59,756 bases of DNA from Candidatus Bathyarchaeia archaeon (GCA_038817565.1 JAWAZO010000001.1:1-59756), one strand, 5' to 3'. Positions 17,505-26,630 are shown, counted from the stretch's first letter. A program made the numbers and translations. Notes: generated by a model from the letters alone, not told the origin.

Positions 17505-19022
17505 TTAAATGCCTTTTTTGAACATCTCTATTACAACGTAGCTTGCGAGAAGTTCAGCCATCTCTGGTGGAATCGAGGCCAATAGCTGGAAAATTGAACC
17601 CATCTCCTTTGGAAATCCCTTCTCAAGTCCAAGTGCTTGAAGAATTCTTTCTCCTTGAGCTTCGAGGACTTTTTCTGCTTGAGCGAAAAGTTTTGCGAGG
17701 GTTGCAATATCCATTTCGCCCGGTGAGAGCATGCCAAGAGCGACACTGAAGATTTCAAGCAAGTTCTCAGCTTCGGTCTGCGGGATCTCCTTCACAACCT
17801 CGGTACACTTCTTCAAATCTGCAATCATGAGATCCGCAAGTTTTTCATGAATTGGAGTTATTGTCACATGAAGGCTTGGCGGTATATTTATGCTTGCAAT
17901 CCCTTTTTGGGGCATTAAAATCCATCCCTTCTTTGCCATTTCATCCGAGAGTTTGAACAGATTTATTTCAGACGTAAACGCTGCGATCACAGACGGCTCA
18001 CCCATGGCACTATAACCAGCTTCCTTGAATCCCTCTACTATCTTGTTTTTCGCCGAAATTATCTTCCTTGCAAGTTCCTGGTAGCCTTCTTCGCCAAGAA
18101 AGTGCATCGTAGCCCATGCTGCAGCTAAAAGAGCCTCAGAACGGGAAGATAAAACCGCAGGGTTTACAATTGGATAACCTGGCCACTTCAAATTGGAGAA
18201 TTGAGAGAACATTTTATAGAACTTCTTCCTGAAAAGCACAACTGAAGCGCCTATAGGAGTATAAGCGTATTTATGTGGATCCATTGAAATTGAAGAAACT
18301 CCCTCAATTGCAAAATCAAAGTCTGGAATCTTCTCTCCAAGCTTCTTCATAAACGGAAGCACAAACCCACCAACACATGCATCAACATGAAGCCATATGC
18401 CCTTATCAACGGCAATGCTAGCAAGATCCTTTATTGGATCTATAGTGCCAAAAGGCCAGTTGGGGGTCGAACCGACGATCATCGCAGTATCGTCTGTTAT
18501 CGCTTCGTTAATTGCATCCGGGTCAGCTGTGAAAGTTTTTTCATCTATCCTAACCCTTTTTACCCTCAATCCCATATACTCTGCAGCTTTATCATAGCAT
18601 GGGTGTCCCGTAACTGGCATAACTATTTCAGGAATTGTAATCGAACCTTTTTTGAGTAGGAAATTATCTCTTGCCGCTTTCACCGCAAGAAAAACGCTTT
18701 CAGTTCCGCCAAAAGTAAAAGTTCCCGCAACCTGTTCATCACCATGCATCAAAGAAGTGGCGTAATCGATTATATCCTTCTCCATCCTTATCATACTCGG
18801 AAACTCTGTGAAGTCAAGCATGTTCTTGAATGCGAACATCTTAATTGCTTCAAACGCAACCTCGCGCATCTCCTCAATACCCGGCTCAAACGCAATTGTG
18901 AAAAGCCTTCCACTATAGGGATCAAGATCCTCTGCAGCATAGTCTTTCAACTTCTGGAGAATTTCCTCTTTGCTTAAGCCCTTCTTTGGTAAAATATTCT
19001 CCAAGATTAAAACGCCCCTCAT
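17505..19022 (-). CDS. PLP-dependent group II decarboxylase/lyase (sphingosine-1-phosphate-lyase-like)
   Basis: PLP-lysine motif SISMDPHKYAYTPIGASVVLFR. N-terminus LPKKGLSKEEILQKL is typical of the family. ATG at 19022 with TTTATTA about 25 nt upstream; the track ORF extends to 19169. Confidence 0.75.
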   Translation of the reverse strand: MRGVLILENILPKKGLSKEEILQKLKDYAAEDLDPYSGRLFTIAFEPGIEEMREVAFEAIKMFAFKNMLDFTEFPSMIRMEKDIIDYATSLMHGDEQVAGTFTFGGTESVFLAVKAARDNFLLKKGSITIPEIVMPVTGHPCYDKAAEYMGLRVKRVRIDEKTFTADPDAINEAITDDTAMIVGSTPNWPFGTIDPIKDLASIAVDKGIWLHVDACVGGFVLPFMKKLGEKIPDFDFAIEGVSSISMDPHKYAYTPIGASVVLFRKKFYKMFSQFSNLKWPGYPIVNPAVLSSRSEALLAAAWATMHFLGEEGYQELARKIISAKNKIVEGFKEAGYSAMGEPSVIAAFTSEINLFKLSDEMAKKGWILMPQKGIASINIPPSLHVTITPIHEKLADLMIADLKKCTEVVKEIPQTEAENLLEIFSVALGMLSPGEMDIATLAKLFAQAEKVLEAQGERILQALGLEKGFPKEMGSIFQLLASIPPEMAELLASYVVIEMFKKGI

Positions 19023-19558
19023 AATAATATGACTTAAATTGTAATAAATTTTTGCATAACCAGAAACGAAGCCGTAAAATTTTCCTAAGGATGGAAGCGT
19101 GTGTAACCGGAGCATTAAAACTCTCCTCGAGACCAAAAGCCCGTTTCTGGCTTCTTTCCGCTGAAGCAAGCAGATTTGGAGTACTCCGGGCGGGATTTGA
19201 GTTAAAATTTACTGGTAAGTAAATTAATAAAGATTTCCGTTAACAACTATCTTATGATTTTCTAGGTTTTCCAAACTTGAAATTCCTCCATCGATCTGAA
19301 ATTGATAAGTTAGGATGTGGGCGATTTAGCTCCTCTTTTTGCAGGATGCAAGTTTGGGTCTATCACGACAACCCTTCACCCTTAAGAAATCTCCAAAATC
19401 TTTCTTCTTTTTGTCTTTTTACCTTTTAATTTACTTTAACTTGTCTCTCCCTGTGATTGTTTGCTCCTTCTTTGTAAACGTTTATTTATTATTGTGTGTT
19501 TTTATTTCCTTGCTGTTTGGCGGGTTTGGGTTTGCCTGTTTTGTCAGCTGAAAGTGTT

Positions 19559-19738
19559 AGGCGTCTTTCCCTCGGTGTTCCGGTAGTGGATGATGTTTTC
19601 CCCGGTTTTGAGAAGGGAGATTTTGGTGTTTTATATGGTGAAGGTGTTCCTTTTTTGAGTTTTGTTTTGTGTGTTCGTGGCGTTTTGCCTCGGAGTATGG
19701 GCGGTTTGAGTTCCTCCGTGGTTTTCCAAGATCGCTAA
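19559..19738 (+). pseudogene. RadA/RadB/KaiC-like (RecA-fold) N-terminal fragment with destroyed Walker A
   Basis: RLSLGVPVVDDVFPGFEKGDFGVLYGEGVPFLSFVLCVRGVLPRSMGGLSSSVVFQD parallels STG.. LD..LGGG...G....YGE.GSGKT.....A....LP...GGL...V..ID. GKT is absent and a stop follows after about 60 residues. Confidence 0.3.
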
Positions 19739-19835
19739 ACTATGATGAGAAAGGGGAATGGATAGCAAAATAATAAAAACAATGATACCATTAAAAGAAA
19801 AAGATGGAATTTGCGGGAGAAATCTCCACAATGTG

Positions 19836-19863
19836 GCGGGTTCAAATCCCACTCACGGCGCCA
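19836..19863 (+). other. Orphan tRNA 3' fragment (T arm, 3' acceptor strand, discriminator, CCA)
   Basis: GCGGG-TTCAAAT-CCCAC-TCACGGC-G-CCA. No matching 5' acceptor strand (G[CT][CT]GTG[AG]), D arm or anticodon arm within about 600 nt upstream. Confidence 0.45.
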
Positions 19864-19880
19864 AAAATGTAAATGGAGGC

Positions 19881-21053
19881 ATGGTGTGCTTGAAAAGGGA
19901 CCTTCGCTTATTGCTGTTAGGAACCGCTCACTCGTTGAATCATTCACTTTTTGTCATTACTCCTCCGCTTTTAACTCTGATCATGGTTGATTTGGGTGTT
20001 GAAGAGCCTGTCATTGGCTCAGTTTCGATGGTTGCCTCTTTCATTTATGGTTTTGGAGCACTGGTCGGTGGACCTTTGGGTGATAGAATAGGCGAGGCTA
20101 AGACCGTGTTTCTTTTTCTAGTATTCTCCGGGCTTTCAACTTTTATCATGTTTGCGGCTGGAGCTTATAGGAGCATTTACCTTTTCGCTTTTGCCCTTAT
20201 TTCAATGGCTGTTTGGGCAAGCCTTTACCATCCAACTGCAAACTCGCTTATATCAAAGGCTTTTGTTGGGCGTGTCTCTGAATCTATGGGGCTTCACGGA
20301 GTTGGCGGCACAATAGGTGTTATATTGACTCCAACTATTGCTTGGTTTGTGGGTTCGGCTTTAGGCTGGCCTCTGGCCTTTGCCGTTTTCGGAACGTTAT
20401 GCATATTGTTTGCATTTCTCTTTGCCAAAGTTTTTGGTTTAAACATAAACAAGAGAGGCAATGGGGCTTCTGGAAGCATAATTGAAGCCTTTAAACTTCG
20501 TGAGCTTTGGTTGCTTCTAATTTTAAATGTTGCAATAGGGTTGTTCATGAAGGGTGTTGAGCTATTCTTTCCAACATACCTACAAAGAAACAGGGGAGTA
20601 GACCCTATGTGGGCTTCCATCGCCTACACTTTGGTTTTGGCTTTCGGCGTTTTCGGTCAATGGATTGGCGGGAAGACAGCCGACATATACGGTTCTAAAA
20701 AGGTTTTGATTGCCACAATGATTGGCGTTTGCGCCGGCTTGCTTTCATTGCTGCTTGTGCCAATATATTCTGTGGGAATAGCTGCCTTCATAATCCTCTA
20801 CGGAATTTCATTTTACGCCCACCAGCCAGCCATAAACGCGTTGACAGGCTTCTTATCCCCGGAAAGTCAGCGGGGTGCGGTTTACGGCGTCTTCTTTTTC
20901 TCAGCTTTCGGTGTGGGTTCAATTTCCCAATCCATTTCCGGTTTTGTAGCCCGCATTTACGGTTGGGACGTCGCTTTTTACATGCTTACTGGTTTTGCCT
21001 TGGCAGCGCTGCTCCTCTCTTTTAAGCTTCCAGATAAGCGCGAACAGAATTAG
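19881..21053 (+). CDS. MFS transporter
   Basis: About 12 TM segments. ATG at 19881 follows GGAGG (19875-19879). The track ORF start at 19758 runs through the tRNA-like fragment. Confidence 0.75.
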   Translation: MVCLKRDLRLLLLGTAHSLNHSLFVITPPLLTLIMVDLGVEEPVIGSVSMVASFIYGFGALVGGPLGDRIGEAKTVFLFLVFSGLSTFIMFAAGAYRSIYLFAFALISMAVWASLYHPTANSLISKAFVGRVSESMGLHGVGGTIGVILTPTIAWFVGSALGWPLAFAVFGTLCILFAFLFAKVFGLNINKRGNGASGSIIEAFKLRELWLLLILNVAIGLFMKGVELFFPTYLQRNRGVDPMWASIAYTLVLAFGVFGQWIGGKTADIYGSKKVLIATMIGVCAGLLSLLLVPIYSVGIAAFIILYGISFYAHQPAINALTGFLSPESQRGAVYGVFFFSAFGVGSISQSISGFVARIYGWDVAFYMLTGFALAALLLSFKLPDKREQN

Positions 21054-21061
21054 CCGTTTTG

Positions 21062-23026
21062 CTATGAAGGAGGCATGAACAGTGATAAAATTCTGTAGGC
21101 TATTCCTCCGAGAAGCAGAGCTAGGGCGATGTCTGTGAGGGTTATTGCCATAGCTTTTCTCCATCCAAATTCCCTTACTAGTGCGGCGATTGTAGCTATG
21201 CATGGAATATAAACCATTATGACTAGAGCGAACACAACCATCTGTAGGGCTGAAAGCGACTCAAGGGGAATTAGTTGCGAAAGTAGAATTAGAGCTAACT
21301 CTTTGCGCAATACACCGAAAATCAGCGGGACTCCAGCCTCGACCGGAAGCCTAAGCCACCCGCTTATTAGGGGCTGCGCTGTCGCTGTTATATAGTTGAT
21401 GAAGCTTGTGACTTTTAGAGCTGTTATTGTTAGGCTTCCAGCCACAATTATTGGGAAGGCTACGTAAACAAATTCTTTTGTTCTGCCCCATGTTTTAGTT
21501 AAGACGCCCTTTATTGAGGGTTTTTTGTATGGTGGCATTTCCATTATTAGGCCGACAGGTTCTCCGGGAAGGACTCTGAAAGCTACTCTGCCAAGGATGA
21601 AGATGAGGATTAGGTCAAATATGTAGATGGCTAGTGCTGCATGTAATCCAACAAATCTTCCAACAAGCCCTAAAATGACAACTGTTCTGGCGGCGCAAGG
21701 GATAAGCGTCACGACAAAAGCTGCCAATAGGCGTTCCCGTTCTGTCTCCATTATTCTGCAGCCTATGCATGCTGGGACGCTGCAGCCATAACCCAAAATT
21801 AGAGGTATGAAGGCTTTTCCATGCAAGCCGATTTTATGCATCAAATTATCCATGAGGAAGGCGGCTCTTGGCAAGTAACCACTATCTTCAAGGAGGGCTA
21901 GAATTATGTAGAAGGGTACAATATATGGTAGGGCTATGGTTATTCCCGCAGCTATACCGCCAAAAACTCCTTCAGCAACTAAACTCTTAGCGGCTGATGG
22001 CAGAAAAATCAAAAAAGTTTCAATTTGTAAAATGATGTTGGCGAAAAGAGAATCCAAAAGATTAGAGAAAAAGCTTCCTCCAATGAAGATTAAGGAGAAC
22101 ATCGCCAAAACAGCGCCTACCAAAATTGGGTATCCAAGGATTTTATGCGTTGTCAAGGCGTCGAGTTTCTGCTCAAAGCTTATCCTCGGAGGAGCCTCAA
22201 CAATAGTGACTTCCTTCGCTATTTTGCTTGCAATTGAATATCTTTCAGAAGCCAATATGACAGGTGAGGGTTCACCATGTAGTCTTTCCAACTCCGCCGC
22301 TAACTTTTCGGCTTGCCTTAAAACTTCCACGCCACCCTCATAGTTTTTTAACTTACCAGCGACATCGCTATCTCTTTCCAGAAGCTTTGTGGCAACCCAC
22401 CTTGCTGGGTAAACCTCACAAAGTTGTGGAAGCTTTCGTTGTACAAGTTCTCGAAGTTTTTGAACCCGCTTCTCAACTTCAGCTCCAAACCTAACTTTTA
22501 AAGGTTGAAGTTCTTTTTCGCCTTTTGCCACCGCAATAACCGTTGTGAGAAGCTCATTTATTCCGCTTCCAGTAATCGCCACCGTTGGGACAACGGGCAC
22601 ACCTAAAATCTTTGAAAGCTTTTCCGCGTTTATGCGTATACCCTTTTTAGCTGCATAATCCACTTGATTTAGCGCCATCACCATTGGGGCTTCAAGCTCC
22701 AAAAGCTGAAGCGTGAAGTAGAGGTTGCGCTCCAAAGCTGAAGCGTCAACAACATTAATTATAATGTCCGGCTTTTCAACGGCAATGTAATCACGTGAAA
22801 CAATCTCCTCAATGGAGAAGGTTGAAAGCGAGTATATGCCAGGCAAATCAATAACTCGAATAGTGTAGCCCTTGAAATGTAGAGTTCCTTCTGCGCGTTC
22901 CACTGTTTTGCCAGGCCAGTTTCCAACAACTTGATTTAAGCCTGTAAGTTGGTTGAATATGACACTTTTTCCAACGTTGGCGTTTCCTGCAAGCGCCACC
23001 CTTAACTGTTTAGTCATGGGCTTCAT
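21062..23026 (-). CDS. feoB: Ferrous iron transporter FeoB
   Basis: N-terminal G domain (GNANVGKS, DLPG, NQVD) followed by a polytopic membrane domain. Confidence 0.9.
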   Translation of the reverse strand: MKPMTKQLRVALAGNANVGKSVIFNQLTGLNQVVGNWPGKTVERAEGTLHFKGYTIRVIDLPGIYSLSTFSIEEIVSRDYIAVEKPDIIINVVDASALERNLYFTLQLLELEAPMVMALNQVDYAAKKGIRINAEKLSKILGVPVVPTVAITGSGINELLTTVIAVAKGEKELQPLKVRFGAEVEKRVQKLRELVQRKLPQLCEVYPARWVATKLLERDSDVAGKLKNYEGGVEVLRQAEKLAAELERLHGEPSPVILASERYSIASKIAKEVTIVEAPPRISFEQKLDALTTHKILGYPILVGAVLAMFSLIFIGGSFFSNLLDSLFANIILQIETFLIFLPSAAKSLVAEGVFGGIAAGITIALPYIVPFYIILALLEDSGYLPRAAFLMDNLMHKIGLHGKAFIPLILGYGCSVPACIGCRIMETERERLLAAFVVTLIPCAARTVVILGLVGRFVGLHAALAIYIFDLILIFILGRVAFRVLPGEPVGLIMEMPPYKKPSIKGVLTKTWGRTKEFVYVAFPIIVAGSLTITALKVTSFINYITATAQPLISGWLRLPVEAGVPLIFGVLRKELALILLSQLIPLESLSALQMVVFALVIMVYIPCIATIAALVREFGWRKAMAITLTDIALALLLGGIAYRILSLFMPPS

Positions 23027-23324
23027 CCTTAACGGGTTTAACCAGCACTTTAGAGGCTACTCCCCGTCCAAGTGCGAGGGCTACTCCTCTAACTTCTATT
23101 TCAACGGGACCGCCGAAGGAGCCCTTCCTTAAAAGTTTAACCTCAACTCCAGGCGTTAGACCCATTTCGGCAAGCCTTCTGATGAGGCCGAAGCCTCCTA
23201 AAGCTCTAACCATGATCCCTTTTTCGCCTTCAGCCAATTCTGTTAGGGCGTACAGTTCGCCCTCTTTTTCCGTTATGTTCTGTCTTTTTGTGTTTCGTCT
23301 ATTTCCGAACAAGCCTATTTTCAC
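23010..23324 (-). CDS. feoA: FeoA-family protein
   Basis: SH3-like FeoA core LTELAEGEKGIMVRALGG...RRLAEMGLTPGVEV. The GTG start overlaps the dtxR stop (GTGA) and the 3' end overlaps feoB. Confidence 0.75.
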   Translation of the reverse strand: MKIGLFGNRRNTKRQNITEKEGELYALTELAEGEKGIMVRALGGFGLIRRLAEMGLTPGVEVKLLRKGSFGGPVEIEVRGVALALGRGVASKVLVKPVKDEAHD

Positions 23325-24004
23325 CTCTCGGTCTTAACCCAAATGCTTTCGGCTTCTTTGCGACTTATCGTCTGCTCTCTTCCGGCTATGCATAGGACAA
23401 TGTCGTTCTTTCTGACTTTGACTATGTGGACTGGGACGTTGGGTTTTATCCCCTTAATAGCCAGCGTCGTGAGCATTTCCCTCTTCTCATTGACAATTTT
23501 GGCAATTATGCATGTCTGATTCACAGCGACAGAGGTTAACGGGCAACATTCAACGTCGTTGACTTCGCCGCTTTCAGTTGGTATGGGGTTTCCATGGGGG
23601 CAAAATTTCGGGTAGCCAAGCCGCTTTTCCAAAAGAGATAACACATCCTCTGTTAAGGCGTGTTCAAGCCTACAGGCATTTTCATGAACGTCGCTCCACT
23701 CAACTTCCAAAATGTCTGTGAGAAGCCTCTCGGCAAGCCTATGCCTTCTAATAATGTTTAAGGCTAGCCTCTCGCCGTCGGCGGTAAGCCTCACACCCTT
23801 ATATGGTGTATGCTCCACAAGCCCATGCTTCTCAAGATGGGCAATAGTGTTCGTTATAGAGCCAGGCACAACGTTTAGTTCCTCAGCTAACTCTTTTGTT
23901 CTGGCAACCCCGCTTCTCCTTTGAAGCTTGTAGATGGCTTCTATATACTCCTCAGCTTCATGGGAAAGTTCAACGGTCAAACGATGGTCACCATTTACGA
24001 GCAC
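23321..24004 (-). CDS. DtxR/IdeR-family metal-dependent repressor with C-terminal FeoA/SH3-like domain
   Basis: N-terminal wHTH (EEYIEAIYKL...RTKELAEELNVVPGSITNTIAHLEKHGLV) and a metal/dimerisation region RRHRLAERLL...E.HA. Confidence 0.85.
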   Translation of the reverse strand: MLVNGDHRLTVELSHEAEEYIEAIYKLQRRSGVARTKELAEELNVVPGSITNTIAHLEKHGLVEHTPYKGVRLTADGERLALNIIRRHRLAERLLTDILEVEWSDVHENACRLEHALTEDVLSLLEKRLGYPKFCPHGNPIPTESGEVNDVECCPLTSVAVNQTCIIAKIVNEKREMLTTLAIKGIKPNVPVHIVKVRKNDIVLCIAGREQTISRKEAESIWVKTER

Positions 24005-24017
24005 TCGTAATTTTAAT

Positions 24018-24037
24018 AAACGTACTATAAAACGTTT
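24018..24037. promoter_or_regulatory. Inverted repeat AAACGT-N8-ACGTTT overlapping the TATA-like element of the dtxR-feoAB operon
   Basis: AAACGTACTATAAAACGTTT. On the minus strand TTTTATAG lies 20-27 nt upstream of the GTG at 24004. Confidence 0.4.
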
Positions 24038-24326
24038 CGGCTATTCGAAAATAAACGAATCTTAAATATACATAGCGAACGAACATTATATGTTCTTAAT
24101 CAGCTTTAGCAAACGATGGTTTTGAGCGCATGACAACTGGCAGGGTAGAATTTTTCTTGAAATAGCCACATGTTAAAAGATAAGAGAATTAATCTTTAAT
24201 GTTAGCGTAAAAATTACGAAATGCAATTTTTATACAAAAACATGAAAAATAAAAATATTTGAATTTGAAAAGTTATGTCCCTTTTATTAAGACTCTTTGA
24301 AATCTCCTTTTTGAGATATTGATTGT

Positions 24327-24650
24327 TTACGAAGTTTGCCATTCATGTTGTATGAGGATTTCTCTGCCTTCGACAATGGCCCTCGCAAGTTTTTCTCTTG
24401 CTTTCTCAGCTAGTCTCCAAGCTGTGTTTCTTGAGACTTTCATTTTTGCTGCAGCTTCCTCGAAGGTCAGCTTCTCCAGTTCCACAAGTTTTAGGGCTTC
24501 TATTTCTGCTGGTTCTAGAAAAATCGGCTCTGCACCTCTTTTTGGACTTGGCTCAAACTTTTCAGGAAGGTTCGTTATTGTCGTTGCTACTGGTTTTGGA
24601 GGCCTTCCGATTTTGCCGCGTCTGTAGCGCCTTCGCCACTGGTGTTGCAT
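24327..24650 (-). CDS. DUF134-family DNA-binding protein
   Basis: Basic N-terminus RRRYRRGKIGRPPKP, then a sigma-70 region-4-like HTH LTFEEAAAKMKVSRNTAWRLAEKAREKLA. Confidence 0.75.
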   Translation of the reverse strand: MQHQWRRRYRRGKIGRPPKPVATTITNLPEKFEPSPKRGAEPIFLEPAEIEALKLVELEKLTFEEAAAKMKVSRNTAWRLAEKAREKLARAIVEGREILIQHEWQTS

Positions 24651-24685
24651 ATGTTATGGGATGCATCACAAAATATAAATACTTG

Positions 24686-24709
24686 CTTTTTGGGATATGT
24701 CCCAAAAAG
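24686..24709. promoter_or_regulatory. Perfect 10+4+10 inverted repeat between TATA and SD of the DUF5320 gene
   Basis: CTTTTTGGGA-TATG-TCCCAAAAAG. AAATATAAAT (24671-24680) is upstream and GGAGG (24709-24713) abuts the 3' arm. Confidence 0.5.
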
Positions 24710-24720
24710 GAGGAAAGCAC

Positions 24721-24927
24721 ATGCGAAGAGCATGGTGCTGGCCTAAAGGGTGGTGGTGCCCAAGACACCCATGGCCCCCAGCATGGGCTAGAACCTCATA
24801 CTATTACCCAACAGACCCTGCTGAGGAGCTAAAAGCCTTACAAAACTACAAAAAGGAATTGGAAGCAGAACTCACAGAGCTAACAAAACGCATAGAGGAA
24901 CTCAAAAAGCTAGTCGAGGAGAAATAA
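24721..24927 (+). CDS. DUF5320-like small coiled-coil protein with Trp/Pro/Cys-rich N-terminus
   Basis: YYYPTDPAEELKALQNYKKELEAELTELTKRIEELKK matches the DUF5320 C-terminal pattern. ATG at 24721 follows GGAGG. Divergent from the DUF134 gene. Confidence 0.6.
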   Translation: MRRAWCWPKGWWCPRHPWPPAWARTSYYYPTDPAEELKALQNYKKELEAELTELTKRIEELKKLVEEK

Positions 24928-24937
24928 CGAAGTACCT

Positions 24938-25360
24938 TTACTCACCAGTTTCGCCTATCACTTGAATTATTACTGTTCTTCTTCGCGGATGCACATCCGT
25001 CTCCACAAAAACGAGCGACTGCCATGTTCCAAACTCCACCCTGCCATCAACAACTGGCAAAGTCTTATCTGGAGGGAACAGAACAGACCTTAAATGGGAA
25101 TGGGCATTTGAAGGATGCATATAACCAGCTCCTTTTGGAACCAACTTTTCCAGCAAAGCCTTAATGTCATTTAATAGGCCATACTCGCTTTCAGTTAGGA
25201 TAAGCACCCCAGTTGCATGAGGAGCGAAAACGTGAACTATGCCATTTTTTATACCTGAACGGGAAACCGCTTCTTGAACTTTGTCAGTTAAGTCTACAAA
25301 TTCAATTTCGCCTTTTGTGGAAAAGTTATACGTTGTATTGTAAACTTTGAAGTTTGGCAA
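24938..25360 (-). CDS. YjbQ/UPF0047-family protein (secondary thiamine-phosphate synthase type)
   Basis: Family-typical HVFAPHATGVLILTESE, HPSNAHSHLRS, GTWQSLVFVE. Confidence 0.8.
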   Translation of the reverse strand: MPNFKVYNTTYNFSTKGEIEFVDLTDKVQEAVSRSGIKNGIVHVFAPHATGVLILTESEYGLLNDIKALLEKLVPKGAGYMHPSNAHSHLRSVLFPPDKTLPVVDGRVEFGTWQSLVFVETDVHPRRRTVIIQVIGETGE

Positions 25361-25382
25361 CCCCCTTTCCGCCTCCTATTGA

Positions 25383-25958
25383 TTATTCAAGCATTTTTGC
25401 CATTATGATTTCGTCTATATAGGCGCCGTCTTTGAAAAACCTTTTCGGAATTCGTCCAGTCTCTATGAACCCCATTTTCTTGTAAAGGTCTATAGCGGGC
25501 TGGTTGTTCGCAAAAACTGTCAGCACTAAAACTTTCAAGTCCATATTTCTGGCGTGTTCCTCTAAAGCTTTCATCATTTCGGTTCCTATGCCAACACCCC
25601 TAAACCCTTTCTTTACGGCTATACCAATGAACCCTACATGTCTCGAATAACCAGTCCCTTTCATGACTTCGGAGTTAGCCACCACATGCCCATCTACCTC
25701 GGCGGCAACACAGAAAATTTCGCCTTTCTCCAAACGTTTGAAAACACTAGCAAGCCATTCAATCTCCTCCTCTCTCGAAACTTTTTCCGTTCTAAGGATG
25801 TTGGCACCTTCCTCAACAAGCGAATTGATGAAGTCCAGCAAGTCGTCAAGGTCCTCCCACTTAAGGGCTCTAAGGATCACTTGCCGCCCATCTTTGGCAA
25901 GAAATTCCCGAATAACTTCTCCAGTTCTCATAAGTTTAACATGGTGTTGGAGCCACAT
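25383..25958 (-). CDS. GNAT-family N-acetyltransferase
   Basis: Acetyl-CoA site KKGFRGVGIGTEMM. An alternative ATG at 25931 is possible. Confidence 0.8.
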   Translation of the reverse strand: MWLQHHVKLMRTGEVIREFLAKDGRQVILRALKWEDLDDLLDFINSLVEEGANILRTEKVSREEEIEWLASVFKRLEKGEIFCVAAEVDGHVVANSEVMKGTGYSRHVGFIGIAVKKGFRGVGIGTEMMKALEEHARNMDLKVLVLTVFANNQPAIDLYKKMGFIETGRIPKRFFKDGAYIDEIIMAKMLE

Positions 25959-25994
25959 AACCTTTTTTTAAAGTCAAAAGTGTGAAGTTTTGTC

Positions 25995-26010
25995 GATGCT
26001 TTTGTATACG
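25995..26010. repeat. Left arm of a 16-nt perfect inverted repeat
   Basis: GATGCTTTTGTATACG. Its exact reverse complement is at 26243-26258. Confidence 0.9.
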
Positions 26011-26242
26011 GATTTTGGCAACAAAAACTTTCGGAGACTCTGGTGATATGTAAAAATTTAAAGTAATACCAATATAACTATGGCAACCTAGAAGTAAAAT
26101 GAAAATCAATATAGCCAAAAAACATTAAGTACTTAGCCTCCACAAGATAAAACAACTTGCCACATTCATGGCGAAAGCGCTAAGAAAAAGCTCTTTCCTC
26201 GGCACAATTTTCCAGCCAAAACTTTGGTGAAAACTAGTTTAA

Positions 26243-26258
26243 CGTATACAAAAGCATC
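26243..26258. repeat. Right arm of a 16-nt perfect inverted repeat
   Basis: CGTATACAAAAGCATC. The arms are separated by 232 nt of non-coding DNA. Confidence 0.9.
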
Positions 26259-26630
26259 AACCAAGTGAACTGTTTAAACCAGCTTTGCTCATAACAAAAC
26301 GTTTAAGCAACGTCAAAGCCGGCAAGGTTTCACAGTCACAATCTTCTGCAAGTCTCCCTTTTGTGCTTGAAAAACCTCGAAGCCCCATCGAAGGTTTCAC
26401 GGTTTTTGTTGTCATGGAGATTTTCGTCAGTTTCTTTAGGGAGCAACGGTAAAGTCCATCAGTTTTGTTTAACGAGAGAGTTGAAAAGCAAGTAAAAAGT
26501 TTCTTTTGCAATTTTAGGCTTAAAAACAGCTTTTCATTTTGCTGCCTTGTCGGGTAAAGCAAGGTCTCTGATCTGCGTCGGCTTATTCACAAGTCTTCGG
26601 CTTGCTTTTTTGCCTCTTGTCGCTAAATGG

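Noticed and set aside
19186-19203. GGGCGGGATTTGAG resembling the reverse complement of a tRNA T arm
   Set aside because: There is no complementary 5' T-stem strand and no acceptor or anticodon elements on the minus strand. It lies in the decarboxylase upstream region.
19339-19551. 70-aa plus-strand ORF with hydrophobic product
   Set aside because: It is a translation of T-rich low-complexity DNA, in a different frame from the RadA-like fragment, with no start context.
19742-19804. Candidate box C/D sRNA: perfect C box ATGATGA, a 12-nt spacer, a C'-like ATGATAC and another 12-nt spacer
   Set aside because: No CTGA D or D' box anywhere in the 80 nt downstream (only GATA and AAGA), no terminal stem, and one guide would be almost pure A/U.
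26440-26475. GGTAAAGTCC resembling the RNase P RNA CR-I motif (GGAAAGUCC)
   Set aside because: The surrounding sequence is AT-rich and lacks the other universally conserved RNase P segments and GC-rich helices.
26257-26562. 101-aa minus-strand ORF in the 850-bp gap
   Set aside because: It has no SD-like or TATA-like element upstream, a low-complexity K/L/S/T-rich product and no recognisable motif. I left it uncalled and treat the region as non-coding.
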